Shown here: positions 61,052-64,000 of the stretch, in pieces
How positions within the stretch are numbered: position 1 is the first letter of the stretch
Layout: the number at the start of each line of letters is the position of its first letter
NCBI GenBank assembly: GCA_000965745.1
Contig: CP009479.1
Coordinates: forward strand, 1,024,001-1,088,000
Source of the DNA: an uncultured archaeon
GTDB taxonomy: Archaea; Thermoplasmatota; Thermoplasmata; Thermoplasmatales; Thermoplasmataceae
Reading direction: 5' to 3'
Length of the DNA stretch: 64,000 nucleotides
Position numbers and translations under genes: made by a program
Notes under the pieces: model-generated
The model's input: the letters and a program-made list of their open reading frames with translations, nothing else
What the model was told of the DNA's origin: nothing
The model's database searches: none

Positions 61052-61185
61052 TTATTGGTTCATGTTAAAAACTTTTTTCCTGAGTTTTCTCATATATTTT
61101 CGAAAATCTGGAAAAATACCACTAGCAGGTATGAAATTATGTTGAAATGATAATTTTTTGAACAAGAATTGAATAAAGTATTAAT

Positions 61186-61902
61186 ATGGAGAGAACATTC
61201 AGGCGAACTTCCTTTGGCGACATTTCATATCTGCACAGGCCCGGCAAAACAAATCTGATATTTCTGCATGGCCTGGGTGGGTCATCAAACAACTGGATGA
61301 AGCTTCCGGAAAGCCTTGACAGCAGTTTTTCGCTATACTTCGTGGATCTGCTTGGTCACGGCCGGACTGATGCAGGAAACTGGGACTATTCCATTAAAGA
61401 TCAGTGCAGGATGCTTTCAGAATTCATCGGGAACCTTGGAATAGAAAATTATGGCCTTGTCGGAAATTCCTACGGCGGGTGGGTTTCAGCAACTTATGCA
61501 TCCAGGTTTGGAAACCCGGGATACCTTATCCTTGAGGACAGTGCGGGAATCAACCCCACAGTAGGGGAGTGGGAGAGGAGCAAGATCGAGGAGTTCATTG
61601 ACCGCCTTCAGTCTTTCGGGAGGGTCAATGACAGGGAGGTAATGGAGAAAATAATACTGAACAATTCAACCGGAAGGGAAAAGCTGTCCGAAGGCGACTT
61701 GAGGGCCATAAGATCAAAGACACTTGTCATATGGGGCGAGAAGGATAGGATGATCCCTGTCTCTTACGGCAGAAAAATGAGTGAACTCATCCCGGGAAGC
61801 AGCTTCGAATCGATCAGCACTGCGGGGCATATCCCGCACTACACACACTCAGAAGAGGTATCCCGCTTAATAAACAGATTCATCCTCGGCAAGGTAGTAT
61901 GA
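61186..61902 (+). CDS. alpha/beta fold hydrolase
   Basis: FLHGLGG, GNSYGG nucleophile elbow, D (GEKD), H (AGH). Confidence 0.92.
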   Translation: MERTFRRTSFGDISYLHRPGKTNLIFLHGLGGSSNNWMKLPESLDSSFSLYFVDLLGHGRTDAGNWDYSIKDQCRMLSEFIGNLGIENYGLVGNSYGGWVSATYASRFGNPGYLILEDSAGINPTVGEWERSKIEEFIDRLQSFGRVNDREVMEKIILNNSTGREKLSEGDLRAIRSKTLVIWGEKDRMIPVSYGRKMSELIPGSSFESISTAGHIPHYTHSEEVSRLINRFILGKVV

Positions 61903-62652
61903 TCCAGGATCTTCGCCAAGGCGTTCCTCCCTCATGTCTCTGAGCCCGTCAATGTTGAGGGTCTCTGTTATCACATGTGCGTCTCCGTAGCTCTTTGTCT
62001 TCAACTTGGCCCCGAACATATACTTTCGGGGGACAGCAATCAAGGAATTTCCCAGGAATGGATCGGAAAGGGAATTTATGGAAACGAATGGAAGCCTGTT
62101 TTCAAGGGACCTTGCCTCAATGTATATTTTCCACATATCGTGGAAATCCTTGTGTATCAGGGCCGGATTCAGCATGAGCTCAGACCCTCTCATTGCTGCA
62201 AGCCTGGCGTAGTATGGAAAATCTGAATCATAGCATATCGCAACGCTGAATTTCAGATCTAAGTTTTCAAAAATCATGGCCCTGGTTCCTGAAGCATATG
62301 TTTCTTTCTCCCTGCTGAAAAGTGAGATCTTGTCCTGCCAGCCCAGCAGCTTCCCCTCTGAAATAACCGGGGAACTGTTGAAAAGACCATCTTCCCTCTT
62401 CACGGAAAAGCTCCCGGGAATTATTGTTGACCCTGTCTTTTCCGAGAATTCCCTGAAAAACAGCAAGATCTTGCCGAGCTCTTCCGAATCTGCATCAAGA
62501 GTGTCCGTTATCCATTTTTCCGGCATCACCACGAAATCTGGATCCTTACCAGTAAGATCCTCTGTAAACTCGTTAACAAGATACATCATGGCGTCATTCA
62601 GGCTTTTCCTCCTGGTCTGCAGGCCCACGATGCTAAGTGTGTCAGTCATCAT
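61867..62652 (-). CDS. carbon-nitrogen hydrolase (nitrilase superfamily)
   Basis: E-K-C triad: MPE, QDK, ICYD. Confidence 0.9.
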   Translation of the reverse strand: MMTDTLSIVGLQTRRKSLNDAMMYLVNEFTEDLTGKDPDFVVMPEKWITDTLDADSEELGKILLFFREFSEKTGSTIIPGSFSVKREDGLFNSSPVISEGKLLGWQDKISLFSREKETYASGTRAMIFENLDLKFSVAICYDSDFPYYARLAAMRGSELMLNPALIHKDFHDMWKIYIEARSLENRLPFVSINSLSDPFLGNSLIAVPRKYMFGAKLKTKSYGDAHVITETLNIDGLRDMREERLGEDPGSYYLAEDESVY

Positions 62653-62659
62653 TCCACTC

Positions 62660-63865
62660 TCATTCGCCAATAATTTCAGCTGCAGTTCTCAATACCTGAA
62701 GAGTCATTTCGGGTTTAGAAACATTATTGAGTTTCTCAACTGAATCTTCCTTTATGATTTCATAGTCATTGAACGTTTCCCCGAAGGGATCTCTCTTTGC
62801 AAAGCTGTTGGACACTATCATTTCAGGGCCAGATTTCTTGAATTTCTCGCGGATAAGTTCGAGGTCCTTTTCCTCCGTCAGGTTGAAGGGAATAAGGAGG
62901 CCTTTGTGTTTTTCCCTCACCCTGTCGATAATCTTTCCTCTGGGTTCCAGCTTAATCTGATGTGATGATGAGCTTGATATCTTTTCCTTAAATTCCCCGC
63001 TGATCCTGAAATCAGATATTGCTGCCGGTGACAGGACAATATCATAGCCTCTTTCTACCTCTTTCAGGGCTTCCGCCTCGATCTCAGAACTGGTCTCCGC
63101 CTCTATGTAGTTAGTGTAGGACGGAAGATCCTCTGTGCAGTTCCCGACATATGTTATCCGCGAAGCACCGAGCCTGAACGCCGACCTTGCAAACCAGTAT
63201 GCAGTGAACCCTGTGCCATGGTTGGAGAGTGACCTGACAGGGTCTATTGGCTCTTCCGTGTGGCCCCCAATAACTATCACCTTCTTCCCTGAAAGCGTAT
63301 GTGAATAGAATGCCCTGCATATGTGGTCAATAATTTCCGCGTTGGCTGAAAGCTTAGCCTTCTCCTCCGAGATTTCAGGAGGCACTATATCAACACCGAT
63401 TGATGTCAGGAAGTCAGCATTTCTCCTGTTTGAAGGATTCCTGTACATCCCTTCATGCATTGCTGGCGAAAGCACAACTTTGTTCCCGTTTCCCGCGGCA
63501 AAGGAATAGAAGGATGAGGGGACATCATCGGAAATGCCGTTTGCAATTTTTCCCAGAGTGTTGTGGGTGCAGGGCGTGATCGAAAGAACAGTATCACCAG
63601 GCTGGCCTTCGAAGAGGGTGATATGTTCAATTTCGCCTGTCAGCTCCGTGGTGACTTCGTTGCCGGATGCCCATCTCATGATTTTTGGAGAAATGAGGCT
63701 GGCAGCTTCTTCACTCATTCCAACAAACACTTGCGCACCTTCTCTTCTCAAGTCCCTTATCAGATCAGGCACTCTGTAAAGCGAAATACTCGCCGTTACA
63801 GCCACCACCACTCTCTTTCCTTTCAGCATACCTGAAAATCTGTTTCTGTCTGCATTGTCAAGCAT
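62660..63865 (-). CDS. coaBC: bifunctional phosphopantothenoylcysteine decarboxylase/synthetase
   Basis: EHI, PAMHEGMY, EPIDPVR, AAISDF. Confidence 0.9.
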   Translation of the reverse strand: MLDNADRNRFSGMLKGKRVVVAVTASISLYRVPDLIRDLRREGAQVFVGMSEEAASLISPKIMRWASGNEVTTELTGEIEHITLFEGQPGDTVLSITPCTHNTLGKIANGISDDVPSSFYSFAAGNGNKVVLSPAMHEGMYRNPSNRRNADFLTSIGVDIVPPEISEEKAKLSANAEIIDHICRAFYSHTLSGKKVIVIGGHTEEPIDPVRSLSNHGTGFTAYWFARSAFRLGASRITYVGNCTEDLPSYTNYIEAETSSEIEAEALKEVERGYDIVLSPAAISDFRISGEFKEKISSSSSHQIKLEPRGKIIDRVREKHKGLLIPFNLTEEKDLELIREKFKKSGPEMIVSNSFAKRDPFGETFNDYEIIKEDSVEKLNNVSKPEMTLQVLRTAAEIIGE

Positions 63866-63886
63866 ATATGCAATCTCCTGCCTATT

Positions 63887-64000
63887 CTATCTGAACAGAT
63901 AATATGTCCCATATGATTCAGCACATAGCACTCCCTTCCCATCCCTTACCTCCACATGGCAATAGGCAAGCGTCTTCCCTCCTTTTCTGAGTGTTGCCCT
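63887..64000 (-). CDS. PaaI-family hotdog thioesterase, C-terminal fragment (truncated by window edge)
   Basis: Manual translation RATLRKGGKTLAYCHVEVRDGKGVLCAESYGTYYLFR*. Confidence 0.7.
   Translation of the reverse strand, partial: RATLRKGGKTLAYCHVEVRDGKGVLCAESYGTYYLFR

Noticed and set aside
62660-63865. CoaBC lacks the bacterial ACG..G.G catalytic Cys clamp
   Set aside because: Known property of archaeal Dfp/CoaBC proteins
1-64000. CRISPR arrays, IS elements, integrases, rRNA genes
   Set aside because: No spaced direct repeats, transposase or recombinase motifs, or full rRNA sequences seen

Overview
Core-chromosome window of a Thermoplasmatales-like archaeon. The assignment is inferred from gene content: SRP54, TFS, eL15, Pop5, RFC-L, a Thermoplasma-beta-like thermosome, Taw1, PINA, geranylgeranyl reductase and Agl3. 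It holds about 62 CDSs and four intron-less tRNAs (Ser-CGA, Ser-GGA, Ile-GAT, Ser-TGA). Two accessory-looking tracts abut tRNA 3' ends. The first (13.5-20.6 kb) has a channel-like protein, proline racemase, a MetE-like protein, a P450 and an SDR. The second (37.3-42.0 kb) has a GNAT, an MFS pump, a surface protein and an orphan Dam. I saw no CRISPR array, transposase or integrase. The main unexplained signal is a non-coding stretch at about 25996-26391 that folds by hand into more than 12 nested helices. It does not match RNase P RNA, SRP RNA or the riboswitches I compared it with from memory, and it starts about 15 nt after a gene encoding only the synthetase domain of asparagine synthase. 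A second, ~90-nt three-way-junction element at 53563-53650 carries a stretch matching the conserved 16S rRNA helix-24 motif. All structures are manual predictions and no searches were run.
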